DNA of 64,000 nucleotides, taken from assembly GCA_050698355.1 (NCBI GenBank), contig JBOHBN010000006.1, positions 13,277 through 77,276 of the forward strand. The letters run 5' to 3'. A program made the translations under genes and the position numbers. Positions 62,723-64,000 of the stretch are shown piece after piece. Source of the DNA: Streptosporangiales bacterium. Its GTDB lineage: Bacteria; Actinomycetota; Actinomycetes; Streptosporangiales; WHST01. A model generated the notes under the pieces. The model saw only the letters and a list, made by a program, of their open reading frames with translations, made no database searches and had not been told where the DNA came from. Each line of letters starts with the position of its first letter. Within the stretch, counting starts at the first letter, position 1.

Positions 62723-64000
62723 TCAGGCGAAGTGGTGCAGCCGGGTGAGCGGCAGCGCGGTGGCCGCCGGTAGCCCCGTAGGCGTGCCGTCGACGAGTAC
62801 GGGGCTCCCGTCGGTGGGCACGGTCACGGCGGGCACCGCGGTGTTGCGCAGTAGGTTCCGACGCGAAAGCCTGCGGGCGGAGGCGATGGGCAGGTAGCTC
62901 GCGCCTGCCGGGAGCCGCCGGGCCGCGCCCTCGTACGCCTCGCGGGCGACGAACACGTGCGCGAGCCGGCGCGGCGCGCCGCCCATGCCGCCGAAGAAGG
63001 ACCGGTACCGGCGCGGCTGCCCCAGTCGGGTCGAGGCGGCACCCGACCCGCTCAATCCCCACGCGACGAAGCCGGACTTGAGTACGAGGTCGGGTTTCGC
63101 CCCGAACCATGCCGGGTGCCAGAGCACCAGGTCGGCGAGCTTGCCGGGGGAGATGCTGCCGACGTGCTCGGCCATCCCGTGCGCGATCGCCGGGTTGATG
63201 GTGATCTTGGCGAGGTAGCGCAGCACCCGGGCGTTGTCGTTGCCGCCGGCAGGTTCTCCCGCGCATGCCTTGGCGTGCGCGGCCAGCTGCCAGGTGCGCC
63301 GTATCGTCTCGCCGACGCGGCCCATGCCCATCGAGTCGGAGTTGACGATGCTCACCGCGCCCATGTCGTGCAGCGCGTTCTCCGCCGCGATGGCGTGGCC
63401 GCGGATGCGGCTGCGGGATACCTCGAGGTCACCAGGGGATAGCGCGTTCTGCCGGTGCACGGTCATCGTCATCGGCAGCAGCTCCGCAACCGTGTTCGTC
63501 GTGTACGGCAGCGTCGGCGTCGTCGACGACGCGAGCACGTGCGGGTGGGCGAGTATCTCCAGCAGGTTGGGATGACCGCCGCCGCCTTCGACGTGGTACG
63601 CGTGCACGGTGCGGCCGCGGGTCGCGTCGAGGGTGTCGGCGAGCAGGCCGGATTCGTTCAGCGAGTCGGTGTGCAGGGCGACCGGCAGGTCGGCGGAGTC
63701 GGCCACGGACAGGCACGTGTCCACGACGGCGGGCTGGGCACCGAAGTCCTCGTGCACCTTGAAGCCGCCGGCGCCGGCGAGCACCGCGGCCTCCAGCACT
63801 TCCGGGCGCGCCGATGAACCGCGGGCGAGGAACGCGACGTTCAGCGGTACGTCCGCCCACGCCTCGATCATCAGGTCGAGGTTGCGCTTCGGGTTCACGC
63901 CGACGTCCCACACACCGCCGATGCCCATGCCGACGACGGTCGTGACGCCTGCGGAGAGGCCGACGTCGAGCAGGCTGGGACTGGAGAGGTGGACGTGGGA
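62723..64000 (-). CDS. ureC: Urease alpha subunit, C-terminal ~425 aa (5' end beyond the window)
   Basis: SHVHLSSP, GFKVHEDFGA, HTDSLNESG, YHVEGGGGHPN, VNSDSMGMGRVGE correspond to the urease nickel-site and flap motifs in a divergent form. Confidence 0.9.
   Translation of the reverse strand, partial: SHVHLSSPSLLDVGLSAGVTTVVGMGIGGVWDVGVNPKRNLDLMIEAWADVPLNVAFLARGSSARPEVLEAAVLAGAGGFKVHEDFGAQPAVVDTCLSVADSADLPVALHTDSLNESGLLADTLDATRGRTVHAYHVEGGGGHPNLLEILAHPHVLASSTTPTLPYTTNTVAELLPMTMTVHRQNALSPGDLEVSRSRIRGHAIAAENALHDMGAVSIVNSDSMGMGRVGETIRRTWQLAAHAKACAGEPAGGNDNARVLRYLAKITINPAIAHGMAEHVGSISPGKLADLVLWHPAWFGAKPDLVLKSGFVAWGLSGSGAASTRLGQPRRYRSFFGGMGGAPRRLAHVFVAREAYEGAARRLPAGASYLPIASARRLSRRNLLRNTAVPAVTVPTDGSPVLVDGTPTGLPAATALPLTRLHHFA

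Overview
High-GC, actinobacterial-type chromosomal window. It is densely coded: about 65 credible CDS plus several gene remnants. I saw no rRNA, tRNA, CRISPR array, integrase or transposase. Most of the very long ORFs in the six-frame track are antisense or read-through artefacts of high GC; calls below rest on recognisable protein motifs and start/stop geometry.

Main content, left to right:
- A divergent pair of GAF-type regulators, one of them a GAF-ANTAR-STAS fusion.
- A translationally coupled radical-SAM / ArsM-like methyltransferase pair.
- A large aromatic or amino-aromatic catabolic island (about 9.5-30.5 kb). It holds an HpaB-type two-component monooxygenase; an NhaC / class-V aminotransferase / cyclase / TPP-enzyme operon; an aminobenzoyl- or salicylyl-CoA-type cluster (bifunctional hydroxylase/reductase, enoyl-CoA hydratase, acyl-CoA dehydrogenase, aryl-CoA ligase, PaaX, RidA); tryptophan 2,3-dioxygenase; and ACC deaminase.
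- An amidase with an Nramp-fold transporter that lacks the metal-site motifs.
- A kinase / phospho-lyase-type aminotransferase pair.
- Assorted redox enzymes.
- Two glycoconjugate-type cassettes.
- A partial urease alpha gene at the right edge.

The most notable locus is a family-1 encapsulin operon (54957-56760, possibly extending to 57805). Its hemerythrin cargo carries a canonical C-terminal SLGIGSLK targeting peptide. The operon also contains a tightly linked STAS protein, with a membrane Rieske protein upstream on the same strand.

The second notable theme is three families of structured palindromic intergenic repeats:
- Family A: 4 copies.
- Family B: 2 copies plus a partial copy, combining modularly with A.
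- Family C: 2 direct copies bracketing a small ABM monooxygenase gene.

At least five decayed genes lie in the window, one of them directly abutting a family A repeat copy.

All assignments are from reading the sequence and from memory of protein families. No database search was run.
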